Positions 8,601 to 19,056 of a stretch of DNA of 51,754 nt are shown here, in pieces. Every line of letters starts with the position of its first letter. The first letter of the stretch is position 1. The DNA comes from a virus (lineage: Duplodnaviria > Heunggongvirae > Uroviricota > Caudoviricetes): the IMG/VR virus record IMGVR_UViG_2861038214_000004, one strand, 5' to 3'. Made by a program: the position numbers and the translations under genes. The notes under the pieces are model-generated. The model ran no database searches. It had not been told where the DNA came from and saw nothing but the letters and a program-made list of their open reading frames with translations.

Positions 8601-9452
8601 GCTGTTATCCGCATTCGTCTCAGACGTTTTTGCGGCCTTCGCGGAATTTCCTGCCGCCGTTGCCGAGGAAGCTGCACTGCCGGCGCTCGAGGCTGCGCTC
8701 GTTTCTGATGATTTTGCCGCCACTTTTGAAGCCGACGCATCCCGGGCTGAGGTGGCAGCTTCTGACGCTTTCGTGGTCGCGGTGGATGCAGAAGTGGCCG
8801 CAGATTTTTGTGATGCTGCGGCATTCGTTTCTGACGTTTTCGCTGCACCGGCACTGGTGGCTGCCGCGCTTTTTGAAGACTCTGCAGCGGCAGCACTTTT
8901 TGATGCTTCAGTGGCCTTTGCTGATGCCGTTCCTGCGCTGGAAGACGCTGACTGAGCCGACGAAGCGGCCTGTCCGGCTGACGTGCTGGCTGCACGTGCT
9001 GAGCCTGCAGCATCAGTCGCATGGGTTGCCGCCTCACGGGCTGATGTGCTGGCATCGCTGGCTGACTTCTTCGCGGCTGCTGTGTTCTGCGCCACTGCGG
9101 ACGCGTTACGCGCCACCTCTTCCACCATCAGTTCAAAGCGGCGCAGTGCCTCCGGACGGACATCATCCTCCGTCATGGCACCGAGAAAATCATTCAGCGT
9201 ACCCGGTTGTGAGTCTTCATACACGGTGATGGTCCCGGCATGCGATGGCGGGAAGCCTTCCACCAACAGAATAACGCTGTACTGACCGTACTCAACGTCC
9301 ATGCTGTAACGCCCGGCTTCATCCGGATTTTCTGAGGCCACCGTGTTCGCCACCACCGTGGTGCTGTTACGTTTTGCTTTCAGCTGGATTGTGCAGTTCT
9401 GTACCGGTTTACCTGCGCCGTCTTTCAGTACACCTGAAATCTTTACTGCCAT
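5676..9452 (-). CDS. stf: side tail fibre protein Stf with Ala/Ser-rich shaft and C-terminal intramolecular-chaperone (endosialidase-type) domain
   Basis: N-terminal ~330 aa near-identical to lambda Stf (MAVKISGVLKDG...); C-terminal region contains SDRRLKENI...YTY chaperone-type motif; start set at MAVKISG (track start 9458). Confidence 0.85.
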   Translation of the reverse strand: MAVKISGVLKDGAGKPVQNCTIQLKAKRNSTTVVANTVASENPDEAGRYSMDVEYGQYSVILLVEGFPPSHAGTITVYEDSQPGTLNDFLGAMTEDDVRPEALRRFELMVEEVARNASAVAQNTAAAKKSASDASTSAREAATHATDAAGSARAASTSAGQAASSAQSASSSAGTASAKATEASKSAAAAESSKSAAATSAGAAKTSETNAAASQKSAATSASTATTKASEAATSARDASASKVAAKSSETSAASSAGSAASSATAAGNSAKAAKTSETNADNSAQAAADSQTASANSATAAKKSETNAKNSESAAKVSETNAKASENKAKEYLDKVGGLVSPMTQYDWPVVTASESLYIKIAKLSDPGTSRSHVTLMVTNAGNYGSPYGNIDFIEISARGLPSLLSADNVSRHLSIRRLGSTGLTDNNQMRYGLVKGDGFIEVWAFQGAFINDAKVAVLAQTARTELYIPDGFVKQTAAPSGYVESPVVRIYDQLNKPTKADLGLENAMLTGAFGLGGSGISTNGKMSDVEILKALRDKGGHFWRGDKPTGSTATIYSHGSGIFSRCGDTWSAINIDYSTAKIKIYAGNDARLNNGTFSVNELYGSANKPSKSDVGLGNVTNDAQVKKTGDTMTGDLTIKKGTPSVFLRADSGVTALRFYTGDNTERGIIYAGPNTDSLGEVRIRAKTAGGTSGGDLVVRHDGRVEVRDLTVAYKIKSRTIEIANTDTDSSATTLSIYGVQHTPLVLTRSGSSENVSIGFKLDNMNPKYLGIDTNGDLAFGESPDQKQNSKLITQAKLDKGLTIGGQLAFKGTTAFSAVATFSAGIAGAIEPENIDGQTVNLNNLTIIKSDAGAVKYYICPSSAGGANITNKPDGVTGNFLLRVESTRKVRDSDYANMQTLINSDTKRIYVRFVVNGNWTAWSQVVVSGWNQDVTVRSLTSTTPSKLGGGRIDVLGSTSDYGSMNCTVRGVDSTGTNSAWSVGTSESTGKMLFLKNHRSSAQVLLNGDDGAVQLLSGTVNGATAQALTINKDEVNSTADLVIRKQTGTGNRFALLNSGNSELPVSIRVWGSSTRQNVFEVGTSAAYLFYAQKTTDGQNLTVNGSVNCTTLNQSSDRRLKENIEIIDNATDAIRKINGYTYTLKENGAHCAGVIAQEVEEAIPEAVGSFIHYGEELQGPTVDGNELREETRYLNVDYAAVTGLLVQVARETDDRVTALEEENTTLRQNLATAGTRISTLENQVSELVALVRQLTGSEH

Positions 9453-9461
9453 ATTCACCCC

Positions 9462-9490
9462 ACAAAAAAGCCCGCCTGAACCGGCGGGCT
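9462..9490 (-). terminator. intrinsic terminator between lom and stf (minus strand)
   Basis: agcccgcc / ggcgggct stem, 6-nt loop, followed by TTTTTT on the minus strand. Confidence 0.5.
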
Positions 9491-9516
9491 GTCATAACAC
9501 TGTGTTACCTGGCTAA

Positions 9517-10116
9517 TCAGAATTTATAACCGACACCCACGATGAAACCGTCAGTGCGCCAGTCGCCACTGCCGGAGCCTTCATAAGCAATATCAATGGC
9601 CACGGATTCGGTCGGGTTAAACTGCACGCCAGCCCCCCACGCCAGAGACGTGTTGCTGTGGCGACCGTCATCACTTCCGGTCAGCACGTCGTGCGTTTTC
9701 CCCTTGTTGTCAGTTACGCGGAGATAATCCCCGGAGAAAGTCGACACACGGCTGTAAGCCACACCCGCCATCGCATACGCGCTGAACCATTCATTCACGC
9801 GCACAGACGGCCCCGCCATTACGCTGAACCAGCGGTTACGAACGGAATCTTCATGCCAGCGGGTATCGCTGTAACGGGTAAGCTGGCGATTCTTGTCTCC
9901 TGCATAGCTGAATGACGTCACCAGCCCCAGTGTGTCCGTAAACTCATAACGGTATTTCACGTTAATCCCGTTCAGATCATCGCTGCCGGGAACGTTGGTC
10001 CGGGCATGAAGATACCCCGCGCTCAGCGTGGACTGATGTTCAGATGCCCATGCAGGCGCACCGGATACGGCCAGACAAATGGCTGCGGACAAAATGGCGG
10101 CATAAAGTTTACGCAT
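9517..10116 (-). CDS. lom: outer membrane protein Lom (Ail/Lom family)
   Basis: 199-aa ORF; C-terminal half near-identical to lambda Lom (…[26 protein letters not shown]), signal peptide present. Confidence 0.9.
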   Translation of the reverse strand: MRKLYAAILSAAICLAVSGAPAWASEHQSTLSAGYLHARTNVPGSDDLNGINVKYRYEFTDTLGLVTSFSYAGDKNRQLTRYSDTRWHEDSVRNRWFSVMAGPSVRVNEWFSAYAMAGVAYSRVSTFSGDYLRVTDNKGKTHDVLTGSDDGRHSNTSLAWGAGVQFNPTESVAIDIAYEGSGSGDWRTDGFIVGVGYKF

Positions 10117-10185
10117 AATTACCTCTCGCTTTTCTGCAATAAAAAAGGCACCATTTCTGGTGCCCTTATATGGGTTATAACAACT

Positions 10186-13100
10186 TCAACGAATACTGAT
10201 GCCGGAAGCAGCTTTTTTGGTCACAATCACCGTACAGTCGGTGATATTACCTGCCCACTGATTGCCTTTATGGAAAACCTTAAACTCCAGAGTGACGCTT
10301 CCCCTGCCACTCGGCATATCAATAACCGCACTGTAGCTACCGGGAATGGCCCCTTTAGTTTCTCTGGATGCGATTAATACACCGTTTTTGCGAACTTCAA
10401 AACCATAACCCGTGTATCTTGTACCTCCCGGGTTATTACCACTTCCCGGATCGCTATACGCTATTCCGTTAAAGATAATGGGCGGAATAATGATTTGACG
10501 GTCAAAGTTATGATCATCGCTGATGGTGACTGTAACCGTCCCGTCTGGTGTTTCCGTGTTACCCCACGTACCAGCCTGTTTCGGAAATGATTTGGATACA
10601 GCTTTAACGAAGTCACCTCTGACCTGAGTCGCCTCCAGCATGCCCTTAATCGTACAGTTTTCATTTACCGTGACATTGTTGAGCGTCCCGGCGTTCGCAT
10701 TCACACTGCCACTGATATCCGCATTTTTAGCGGTCAGCTTTCCGTCCGGTGTCAGGGAAAATGCCGGTGGATTTCCACCGCTGGTAATGGTGGGGGCCGT
10801 CAGGCGTTTCAGGAACACGTCGTTCATGAATATCTGATCGCCCTGACCAACAAACATCGGTTTTGTGTTGCCATTCGCAGGATTAACCATCGCAATCCTG
10901 TCCGCCGCCAGCAGCACCTGACTCTGCATGCCGTCAGGGGTGTTCTCAATACCGGCACCAATACCCGCGATATAAAGGCGTCCGTCCTGCATCTGCTGCA
11001 GCTTCACAGCCCACATGCTGTTCAGGTTATTATTTGTATCAACCTGAACCTTCTGTATCTGCTGAATTGCCGCACTCTGGTCTTCCAGTTTCTTATTGAC
11101 GGTCTGCGTGATTTCATTGCTGACATCCGTAATGGACGTCCTGATTTCAGCCAGGTCAGGCGCAAGCTGACCGTTATCAATCTGCGTCCACAGCTCCTGA
11201 GCCAGATGGGTTTTCCCTATCTCGCCTTTGAAAAAATCCAGATAGCCGGATGCATCATCGCTCGCCCGACCGACGGCCTCCACAAATGCCGATTTGCCTA
11301 CGGTGTTCACACTGCGGATATAAAAGTAATAATCATGGCCCGGTTTGATATTGATACTGGCGGCTATCCAGTACAGCGCCGTACCAAGATAGCGGGCTGT
11401 GGTTTCAACCTGCCTGATATCCGCAATCCGCTTTTCCGAGAACCAGAACTCAAACTGTACCGTCGGATCATAAACCGCAAGATGCGGCGTGGCGGTTATC
11501 TGAAAATAGCCCGGCGTCAGCTCAATCCGCGACGGCGCTGCCGGTGCGGCGATCCGGAACAATACCGATGCCGGATCGCCCTGCTGTCCCCATGCATTTA
11601 CCGCCCGGACTGTCAGCCTGTAATTTCCCAGCGCCAGCTGCGTGAAGCGATATGTGGTTTCCGTCGTCCGGGCCGTGCTGACCAGCCGCTCACTGCCGTC
11701 GTCCGCTGCCACGGTCAGGCGAAGCATAAAGCTCACCCCCTTCACCACCTTCGGCGTGTCCCAGCGCGCCAGCACCTGGTATTCCCCGCTGTCTGCGGTG
11801 ACTTCTGCGGTCAGGTGCTGAACTGCTGGCGGCGTGACACCATTCACCGTGCCGCTCTGGTCACCGTCAAAGTGCGCCCCGTTATCCACGATGGCTTCTT
11901 TCTCCGGTACATGCTGCACGGCAGTGATGGCATACGTACCGTCATCGTTCTCACGGATACTCACACAGCGGAACAGGCGCTGACGCAGCGTCGGCAGCTT
12001 CAGCCCCCACACGCTGTACTCGGCAACGCCGTCAGGAACCCGGCTCACTTTCACCTTCACGCCGTCGGTGACGGACTGGACCTCCACGCTCACCGGATTA
12101 CCCTGCCCGTCAACCAGGCTTATCAGCGTGGTGCCGGAGGATGGCAGCGTGATTTCACGGTCGAGCGTCAGTGTCCGCGTCTGGCTGTTCACCGCCAGCA
12201 CGCGCCCGCCGGTGCTGATCCCCGCATAGTCATCATCACAGATTTCAATGACATCACCTGGTACATGGCGAAGCCCTTCGGCACCCACGCTGAAGTCCAC
12301 GGTCTGCGTTTCCAGCAGTTCTGTTTTAATCAGCCACAGCCCGGCGCGGTGCGCCTGCCCCCGACTGGTACAGCCAAACGCATCCATCTTCGTGACGTTA
12401 CGACCGTAACGGGCAATGGCCTGCGAGTCCTCCACAAGCTCTGTTGCCGTCTCCCAGCCGTTATCCGGGTCAATCCAGTTCACTTCAACGGCATTATGGC
12501 GGTCTTTCAGGGCGCTGAAGCTGTAGCGGAATGGTGCGCCATCATCCGGCATCACCACATTACTGCGGTTATAGGTCCACACCTTATCCGACGGTCGGTC
12601 CTGCACGAACGTCAGCGTCTGCCCGTTCCATACCGGCATACAGCGCATCGCCGAGCAGAAATCACTGAGCACATCCCACGCCTTGCGCTGTGTGGTCAGG
12701 TACGCATTACAGGTGATGCGCGGCTCCGTGCCGCCAAAGCCGTCCGGCACCGACTGGTCGCAATTCTGGCCGATGACATACAGCGCCCATTTATCCACAT
12801 CTGCCGCACCAAGACGTTTCCCCATGCCGTAGCGCGGGTGGGTCAGCATATCCCACAGACACCAGGCCATGTTGTTGCTGTATGCCGGTTTAAACGTTCC
12901 GTCCCAGATACCGCTGTATTGCCGCGTCTGCGGGTTATAATTCGACGGCACCTGCAGAATACGCCCGCGCAGATGATAATTACGGCTCACCTGCTGGCTG
13001 CCGAACTGCTCCGAATCCACCTGCACGCCGACCAGTGCCGTGTTCGGGTAGCACTGTTTCACATCGATGATTTCGGTGTATGACGACCAGAGCGTTTTGT

Positions 13101-13683
13101 TCTGCAGCTGGTCTGTGGTGCTGTCCGGCGTCATTCTGCGCATCCGGATATTAAACGGGCGCGGCGGCAGGTTATCCACCACCACCGAGGCCAGATACTG
13201 CGAGGTGGTTTTGCCCTTAATGGTGATGTCTTTTTCCGTCACCCAGCCACCGTTACGTTGTATCTGAACCAGCAGGCGGACTTCCGATGGATTCCGGTCC
13301 CCCTTTGAGGTGGTTTCCACCAGTGCCTGCACGCCGAAGGTAAAACGCAGACGGTCAATGTTTGCCGACGTGATGGTCCGGGTGATCGGCGTGTCATATT
13401 TCACTTCTGTACCGAGCACCGTCTCGGAGCCGGAGGATTCAAATCCCTCCGGCGGTGTCTGCTCCTGCTCACCGGCCCGGAACACCACCGTGACGCCGGA
13501 TATATTGGTATTCCCCTCACTGTCCAGCACCGGCGTACTGTTCAGCAGCACGCTTTTTAATCCATCCACCGGACCTTCAACCGGCCCTTCGCTGATGGCA
13601 TCGATCACACTCAGCAGCTGCGTGGACTTCAGGTTGTCCTTCGCTTCGCGCGGGGTATGCCCCTTACTGCTGCCTTTACCCAT
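10186..13683 (-). CDS. J: tail tip / host-specificity protein J; C-terminal receptor-binding region differs from lambda J
   Basis: 1165-aa ORF, first ~800 aa near-identical to lambda J from recall; last ~160 aa unlike the lambda LamB-binding domain. Confidence 0.9.
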   Translation of the reverse strand: MGKGSSKGHTPREAKDNLKSTQLLSVIDAISEGPVEGPVDGLKSVLLNSTPVLDSEGNTNISGVTVVFRAGEQEQTPPEGFESSGSETVLGTEVKYDTPITRTITSANIDRLRFTFGVQALVETTSKGDRNPSEVRLLVQIQRNGGWVTEKDITIKGKTTSQYLASVVVDNLPPRPFNIRMRRMTPDSTTDQLQNKTLWSSYTEIIDVKQCYPNTALVGVQVDSEQFGSQQVSRNYHLRGRILQVPSNYNPQTRQYSGIWDGTFKPAYSNNMAWCLWDMLTHPRYGMGKRLGAADVDKWALYVIGQNCDQSVPDGFGGTEPRITCNAYLTTQRKAWDVLSDFCSAMRCMPVWNGQTLTFVQDRPSDKVWTYNRSNVVMPDDGAPFRYSFSALKDRHNAVEVNWIDPDNGWETATELVEDSQAIARYGRNVTKMDAFGCTSRGQAHRAGLWLIKTELLETQTVDFSVGAEGLRHVPGDVIEICDDDYAGISTGGRVLAVNSQTRTLTLDREITLPSSGTTLISLVDGQGNPVSVEVQSVTDGVKVKVSRVPDGVAEYSVWGLKLPTLRQRLFRCVSIRENDDGTYAITAVQHVPEKEAIVDNGAHFDGDQSGTVNGVTPPAVQHLTAEVTADSGEYQVLARWDTPKVVKGVSFMLRLTVAADDGSERLVSTARTTETTYRFTQLALGNYRLTVRAVNAWGQQGDPASVLFRIAAPAAPSRIELTPGYFQITATPHLAVYDPTVQFEFWFSEKRIADIRQVETTARYLGTALYWIAASINIKPGHDYYFYIRSVNTVGKSAFVEAVGRASDDASGYLDFFKGEIGKTHLAQELWTQIDNGQLAPDLAEIRTSITDVSNEITQTVNKKLEDQSAAIQQIQKVQVDTNNNLNSMWAVKLQQMQDGRLYIAGIGAGIENTPDGMQSQVLLAADRIAMVNPANGNTKPMFVGQGDQIFMNDVFLKRLTAPTITSGGNPPAFSLTPDGKLTAKNADISGSVNANAGTLNNVTVNENCTIKGMLEATQVRGDFVKAVSKSFPKQAGTWGNTETPDGTVTVTISDDHNFDRQIIIPPIIFNGIAYSDPGSGNNPGGTRYTGYGFEVRKNGVLIASRETKGAIPGSYSAVIDMPSGRGSVTLEFKVFHKGNQWAGNITDCTVIVTKKAASGISIR

Positions 13684-13743
13684 TCGTCACGCTCCATAAA
13701 CGACAAAACCGCCCGCAGGCGGTTTCACATAAAATGTTTTGCA

Positions 13744-14391
13744 TCAGCGACCAATCACCACAACCTGACCACCATCCCCTTCGTCTGCCGTGCTGATCTC
13801 CTGAGAAACCACACGTGATCCCACGCGCATTTCCCCGTACAGAACAGGCAGAACATTGCCCTGGGCAACCATGTTATCCAGTGACGAGAAATACGTGTTC
13901 TGTTTGCCGTTATCTGTACTGGCTGCCGTGGGCGTCCTGGCTTTCGGTGCCAGCATCTGCGCCACACCACCCAGGATCATACTGGCCCCTGCTGCATACA
14001 GACCCGATACAGCCGCGGCCCCCAGCCAGCCAACAGGGTTCCACCATGCCACCGCAATCAGCGCCGCACCCAGCACCGCCTGAAACACACCGCCACTTTT
14101 GGCACCCGCCAGACGCGGAACGACGTGGATCACGGCACCATTTGCCAGCGGTTCATTAAGACGGGCAGATAATTCATTTTCGCCTGCATCACGCCCGGAA
14201 ATGCGCACCTGATACCAGCCCTCATTCAGTTTCTGGCGAAACGACGGAAGCTGTGTGGCCAGCGCCCGGATGGCTTCAGCCCCCGTTTTCACACGAAGGT
14301 CGATGCGGCGGCCAAATCGTTGTAAATCCCCGTAAAGGCAGATGCGTGCCATGCCCGGTGACGCCAGAGGGAGTGTGTGCGTCGCTGCCAT
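13744..14391 (-). CDS. I: tail assembly protein I
   Basis: Matches lambda I from recall; 103-nt overlap with K as in lambda. Confidence 0.9.
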   Translation of the reverse strand: MAATHTLPLASPGMARICLYGDLQRFGRRIDLRVKTGAEAIRALATQLPSFRQKLNEGWYQVRISGRDAGENELSARLNEPLANGAVIHVVPRLAGAKSGGVFQAVLGAALIAVAWWNPVGWLGAAAVSGLYAAGASMILGGVAQMLAPKARTPTAASTDNGKQNTYFSSLDNMVAQGNVLPVLYGEMRVGSRVVSQEISTADEGDGGQVVVIGR

Positions 14392-15032
14392 TTGTCGGTA
14401 TACCTCTCTCGTTTGCTCAGTTGTTCAGGAATATGGTGCAGCAGCTCGCCGTCACCACAGTAAATGGCGGCATGATTCGGCACCGATGAACCAAAGCAGC
14501 ACAGCAGCACGTCGCCAGGCTGCGCCTCTGTCAGTGCGACACGGTAAAAACCAGTCGCCTCCATATTGTCAAGATAGAGATTCTGACCGTGACGCCACCA
14601 GTCATCCCCGCGATGAAAATCCGGCATCTCAATCCCCGCCAGATGATAAGCATCCCGGAACAGCGTGTAACAGTCCGTCACCCCGTGCTCAAAACGCCGC
14701 CCGGTGAGATGCGGCACACAGCGGAACTTATGAATCGTCCCCCGGCAGACCAGCCACCACGGCAAATCACTCTGCACCTGCAGCCGCCGGTCGGCCTCAC
14801 TCAGCCAGGGCAGACCACCGGGGTGGCTGTGGACCAGTGCCACAATCTCACCCTGCATTTCTGCCTGCAGCCAGTCCTCCGGCGACATACGGAAATACGC
14901 CTCCGGCTCACCGGAGATATTCACGCAGGGGAAATATCTTTCCCCCTCCGGCGTGCTTACCACGAAGCCGCACGACTCCGCTGGCGCACATCGCCGGGCG
15001 TGCGCCAGAATCGCTGATTCTGTCTGTGTCAT
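14289..15032 (-). CDS. K: tail assembly protein K (MPN/JAB and NlpC/P60-like domains)
   Basis: Lambda K-like sequence with HSHPGG motif; full ORF 247 aa, classical lambda K annotation is shorter so the start is uncertain. Confidence 0.8.
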   Translation of the reverse strand: MTQTESAILAHARRCAPAESCGFVVSTPEGERYFPCVNISGEPEAYFRMSPEDWLQAEMQGEIVALVHSHPGGLPWLSEADRRLQVQSDLPWWLVCRGTIHKFRCVPHLTGRRFEHGVTDCYTLFRDAYHLAGIEMPDFHRGDDWWRHGQNLYLDNMEATGFYRVALTEAQPGDVLLCCFGSSVPNHAAIYCGDGELLHHIPEQLSKRERYTDKWQRRTHSLWRHRAWHASAFTGIYNDLAAASTFV

Positions 15033-15037
15033 GGGAT

Positions 15038-15736
15038 TTACTGCGAAAGTTTGTTAATGGAAAGGAAGCCGCCAAAGTTGCCGACGTTATTGCGAAACTT
15101 ACAGCCACTCAGGCATTTGCTGCATTTATCCTTCGTGATATCGGACGTTGGCTGGTCATATTCATCCGCGACCGCCGGACCGTGATAACCGCACTCATCG
15201 CCGCGATAGGTCCAGGTGCAGGTGTTGGCCAGCATGATACGTCCCGGAAAAACAGCGCCATCTGTTTCCGTCGGCGTGGACAGTACAAAGGAGGCACTCA
15301 CCGCGCTCAGTTCGCTGCACTGCTCGATGCGCCAGCGGCTGATCACCTCCTGCTCCGGATCGGCGTCACTGTTTCCGTTGACGAAGTTCACCGCATCCAG
15401 AAAACGGGCGTAAACCTTACGCCGGACCACCGTTCCGCCGACCAGACTCTGCAGATCTTCCGCCATCCCGGTGACCATACCGTACAGGTTAGAAACCGTC
15501 AGCGTGGGGCGCGTACTGGTGCCTTTGCCATTCAGTTCAAAACCACTCCCCTGAATGGGATACGGCTGATACTGTCGCCCCTGCCAGGTGACCGGCTCAC
15601 CTTTTTCGTTCTGCTCATTACAGAAAAAATAACGTTCTCCACCGACCTCTGTCAGGTCGATTTCCCAGAGCACCACGCTGGCCGACTGCTCCGCACGGGT
15701 GCATTCATTCAGTGTTTCCTGCCGGATATCCTGCAT
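15038..15736 (-). CDS. L: minor tail protein L
   Basis: 232 aa, matches lambda L. Confidence 0.9.
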   Translation of the reverse strand: MQDIRQETLNECTRAEQSASVVLWEIDLTEVGGERYFFCNEQNEKGEPVTWQGRQYQPYPIQGSGFELNGKGTSTRPTLTVSNLYGMVTGMAEDLQSLVGGTVVRRKVYARFLDAVNFVNGNSDADPEQEVISRWRIEQCSELSAVSASFVLSTPTETDGAVFPGRIMLANTCTWTYRGDECGYHGPAVADEYDQPTSDITKDKCSKCLSGCKFRNNVGNFGGFLSINKLSQ

Positions 15737-16065
15737 CAGTTCACCACCTGTTCAAACTCTGCGCTGAACTCAACACGCAGCATACTGACCCGCGACGACC
15801 ATTTTGCGCAGGTCACCTTTATCTGCCGCCACTCATAAGGCGGCGTCCACAGAAAGGCTTTCCAGCCCCCGTGCTCAGCCAGAAACGACTCAAGCGCCGT
15901 GGCCTCCCAACGGGGAACAGAAAGCGTCACGCTGTACGTTTTCAGGTCGGCATTCAGCCCGGCAGGCGCTCGCTGAGAATAGCCATCACCAAAGCGCACC
16001 TTTCTTACGGAAGGGGCCGAAGCCACATCCATACCGGGTTTCACTTTCCAGCGGAAGGTTTTCAT
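15736..16065 (-). CDS. M: minor tail protein M
   Basis: 109 aa, matches lambda M. Confidence 0.9.
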   Translation of the reverse strand: MKTFRWKVKPGMDVASAPSVRKVRFGDGYSQRAPAGLNADLKTYSVTLSVPRWEATALESFLAEHGGWKAFLWTPPYEWRQIKVTCAKWSSRVSMLRVEFSAEFEQVVN

Positions 16066-18623
16066 CGTCCACCTCCGGAGAACAGACCACCATCGCGCAT
16101 CTGCCCGGTCACAACATCCATTGCCGCCTTACGGGCTACGTCATAAACCGCCTTCAGCGCCTGTGGCCCTATCTGACCGTTCGTGCCGTCGTTGTTAATC
16201 ACCACATGGTTATTCTGCTCAAACGTCCCGGACGCCTGCGACCGGCTGTCTGCCATGCTGCCCGGTGTACCGACATAACCGCCGGTGGCATAGCCGCGCA
16301 TCAGCCGGTAAAGATTCCCCACGCCAATCCGGCTGGTTGCCTCCTTCGTGAAGACAAATTCACCACGGTGAACAATCCCCGCTGGCTCATATTTGCCGCC
16401 GGTTCCCGTAAATCCTCCGGTTGCAAAATGGAATTTCGCCGCAGCGGCCTGAATGGCTGTACCGCCTGACGCGGATGCGCCGCCACCAACAGCCCCGCCA
16501 ATGGCGCTGCCGATACTCCCGACAATCCCCACCATTGCCTGCTTAAGCAGAATTTCTGTCATCATGGACAGCACGGAGCGGGTGAAGCTGCGCCAGTTCT
16601 GTTCACTGCCGGTCAGCATCGCCGCCATATTCTGCGCAATACCATCAAAGGTCTGCGTGGCTGCACTTTTAACCTGCGACATACTGTCCGTGGCGCTCTC
16701 TTCCCACTCACTCCAGCCGGACCTGAGGCCTGCCATCCAGCTCCCGCGAAGCTGGTCTTCAGCCGCCCAGGTCTTTTTCTGCTCTGACATGACGTTATTC
16801 AGCGCCAGCGGATTATCGCCATACTGTTCCTTCAGGCGCTGTTCTGTGGCTTCCCGCGCTGCCTGCCGGTCAGTCAGCCCCCGGTTTTTCGCCTCAATGG
16901 CTGCCCGTTTTGCCCGTTGTTGCTGTGCGAACTTATCCGCCTGCTGCGCCAGCGCATTCAGGTGCTCCTGATACGTAACCTTGTCGCCAAGTGCAGCCAG
17001 CTGGCGTTTGTACTCCAGCGTCTCATCTTTATGCGCCAGCAGGGATTTCTCCTGTGCGGACAGCTGGCGACGTTGTGCCGCCTCCTCCAGTACCGCGAAC
17101 TGACTTTCTGCCTTCCACAAATCCCGGCGCTGCTGGCTGATTTTCTCATTCGCTCCGGCATGCTTCTCCAGCGTCCGGAGTTCTGTCTGAAGCATCAGCA
17201 GGGCAGCATGAGCACTGTCTTCCTGACGATCGCCCGCAGACACCTTCACGCCGGACTGTTTCGGCTTTTTCAGCGTCGCTTCATAATCCTTTTTCGCCGC
17301 CGCCATCAGCGTGTTGTAATCTGCCTGCAGAATTTTCCCGTCTTTCAGTGCCTTGTTCAGTTCTTCCTGACGGGCGGTATATTTCTCCAGCGGCGTCTGC
17401 AGCCGTTCGTAAGCCTTCTGCGCCTCTTCGGTATATTTCAGCCGTGACGCTTCGGTATCGCTCTGCTGCTGCGCATTTTTGTCCTGTTGAGTCTGCTGCT
17501 CAGCCTTCTTTCTCGCTGCTTCAAGCGCAAGACGGGCCTTTTCACGATCATCCCAGTAACGCGCCCGCGCTTCATCGTTAACAAAATAATCATCCTTGCG
17601 CAGATTCCAGATGTCGTCTGCTTTCTTAAACGCAGCCTCTGCCTTAATCAGCATCTCCTGCGCGGTATCAGGACGACCAATATCCAGCACCGCATCCCAC
17701 ATGGATTTGAATGCCCGCGCTGTCCTGTCTGCCCAGGTCTCCAGCGTGCCCATGTTCTCTTTCAGGCGGCGGGTCTGGTCATCAAACCCTTTCGTTGCGG
17801 CCTCGTTCGCCGCCTGCAATGCCCCGGCCTCATCGCCGGAACGCTGCAACTGAGCAACATACGCAATCTGCTCCGCCGTCACGTTATGGAACTGGCGTGC
17901 CATCGCTGTCAGCCCTGACGTCGGGTCTGTGGTCAGCTTCCCGAAGGCTTCAGCGACCTTGTCCACCTCCACGCCGGATGCAGAGGAGAAACGCGCCACA
18001 CTCTGGCTGATGGACGCAATCTGAGCCTCACCGCTTACCCCCGCCTTAACCAGTGCGCTGAGTGACTCGCTGGTCTGGTCAAACGTCAGCCCTGCCGCCT
18101 GCCCGGCTCTGGACAGGACCAGCATGCGATCTGCCGTCAGCCCCGACTGATTGCCGGAAAGGACCAGCGTTTTGTTGAAATCGGACAGGGTTGAGTTGCC
18201 CTGATACCAGGCATACGCCAGCGCACCGGTCGCCACCGCCAGCGAGGTGGCCCCGACCATCGGCAGGGTGAGCGCACCGGCAAGCCCCCTGAACATGGGG
18301 ATCATCCCGCCGAAGGAGTCCTTCACCTGACCACCCTGTTGCAGCAGGATCAGCCACGGACTTTGCCCGCCTGCAAGCTGCGTGGCCACGTCAGTGAACT
18401 GCGCAGGCAGCATACGCATGGCAGCTTTATACTGCCCGACGGAAATCCCCGCTTTCTGTGCAGCCAGTGCCTGTCGGCTCAGCGACTGTTCAACGACTGC
18501 CGCTGTTTTTTTCGCATCACTTTCCGTACCGGAAAAATGACGCCTGACTCTGGCCATCTGCTCGTCAAATCTGGCCGCATCCAGACTCAAATCAACGACC
18601 AGATCGCCTACCGGTTCAGCCAT
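16062..18623 (-). CDS. H: tail tape measure protein H
   Basis: 853 aa, same length as and matching lambda H. Confidence 0.9.
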   Translation of the reverse strand: MAEPVGDLVVDLSLDAARFDEQMARVRRHFSGTESDAKKTAAVVEQSLSRQALAAQKAGISVGQYKAAMRMLPAQFTDVATQLAGGQSPWLILLQQGGQVKDSFGGMIPMFRGLAGALTLPMVGATSLAVATGALAYAWYQGNSTLSDFNKTLVLSGNQSGLTADRMLVLSRAGQAAGLTFDQTSESLSALVKAGVSGEAQIASISQSVARFSSASGVEVDKVAEAFGKLTTDPTSGLTAMARQFHNVTAEQIAYVAQLQRSGDEAGALQAANEAATKGFDDQTRRLKENMGTLETWADRTARAFKSMWDAVLDIGRPDTAQEMLIKAEAAFKKADDIWNLRKDDYFVNDEARARYWDDREKARLALEAARKKAEQQTQQDKNAQQQSDTEASRLKYTEEAQKAYERLQTPLEKYTARQEELNKALKDGKILQADYNTLMAAAKKDYEATLKKPKQSGVKVSAGDRQEDSAHAALLMLQTELRTLEKHAGANEKISQQRRDLWKAESQFAVLEEAAQRRQLSAQEKSLLAHKDETLEYKRQLAALGDKVTYQEHLNALAQQADKFAQQQRAKRAAIEAKNRGLTDRQAAREATEQRLKEQYGDNPLALNNVMSEQKKTWAAEDQLRGSWMAGLRSGWSEWEESATDSMSQVKSAATQTFDGIAQNMAAMLTGSEQNWRSFTRSVLSMMTEILLKQAMVGIVGSIGSAIGGAVGGGASASGGTAIQAAAAKFHFATGGFTGTGGKYEPAGIVHRGEFVFTKEATSRIGVGNLYRLMRGYATGGYVGTPGSMADSRSQASGTFEQNNHVVINNDGTNGQIGPQALKAVYDVARKAAMDVVTGQMRDGGLFSGGGR

Positions 18624-19056
18624 ACCGGACTCCTCCTGCGATCCCTTCTGATACTGTCATCAGCATTACGTCATCCTCCGTCATGTCCGCCACATCCGGG
18701 GAAACGGGGATAACTTCATTCACATCCGGGCCAAAGCGGACGCCTCCGGCAAGCCCTGCCGCTTTCTGCATCAGCACATCATCTTCAGGCTCTTCGTCAG
18801 CCTCACGCCGGTTCAGCAGACTGAAATCCAGCGGATGCATATCCGGATCGCTGAAAAACAGGCTGAGCACGGTGTACGTCAGCCCGGAAAAGTGCATATC
18901 CAGCAGAACATCATGAAAATAATGGGTACTGTAAAAGCGGTGCCAGTCGGCATACTCCGTGGATGACATCCCGGCAAGCATGGCACGCCAGTCGGGTCGC
19001 CCCATCTCTCGCGCCAGTTTCAGGGCAAAACTCAGCTCACCATCGAACACTTTCCC
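18616..19056 (-). CDS. T: T portion of the G-T tail assembly chaperone, made by programmed -1 frameshift from G
   Basis: ORF in -1 frame relative to G begins at the slippery site; translation KVFDGELSFALK continues from G residues ...SAGK. Confidence 0.8.
   Translation of the reverse strand, partial: GKVFDGELSFALKLAREMGRPDWRAMLAGMSSTEYADWHRFYSTHYFHDVLLDMHFSGLTYTVLSLFFSDPDMHPLDFSLLNRREADEEPEDDVLMQKAAGLAGGVRFGPDVNEVIPVSPDVADMTEDDVMLMTVSEGIAGGVRYG

Noticed and set aside
8420-9285. Cluster of overlapping ORFs on both strands (211, 169, 241, 100 aa) inside stf
   Set aside because: They overlap the Ala/Ser-rich low-complexity shaft of Stf, where stop codons are rare in all frames; no independent start signals.
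11206-13083. 625-aa plus-strand ORF antisense to J
   Set aside because: Lies entirely inside the well-supported J gene on the opposite strand; arginine/proline-rich translation typical of antisense reading of GC-rich coding DNA.
14837-15838. 333-aa plus-strand ORF antisense to K and L
   Set aside because: Antisense to two conserved tail genes with strong lambda identity; no RBS; composition artefact.
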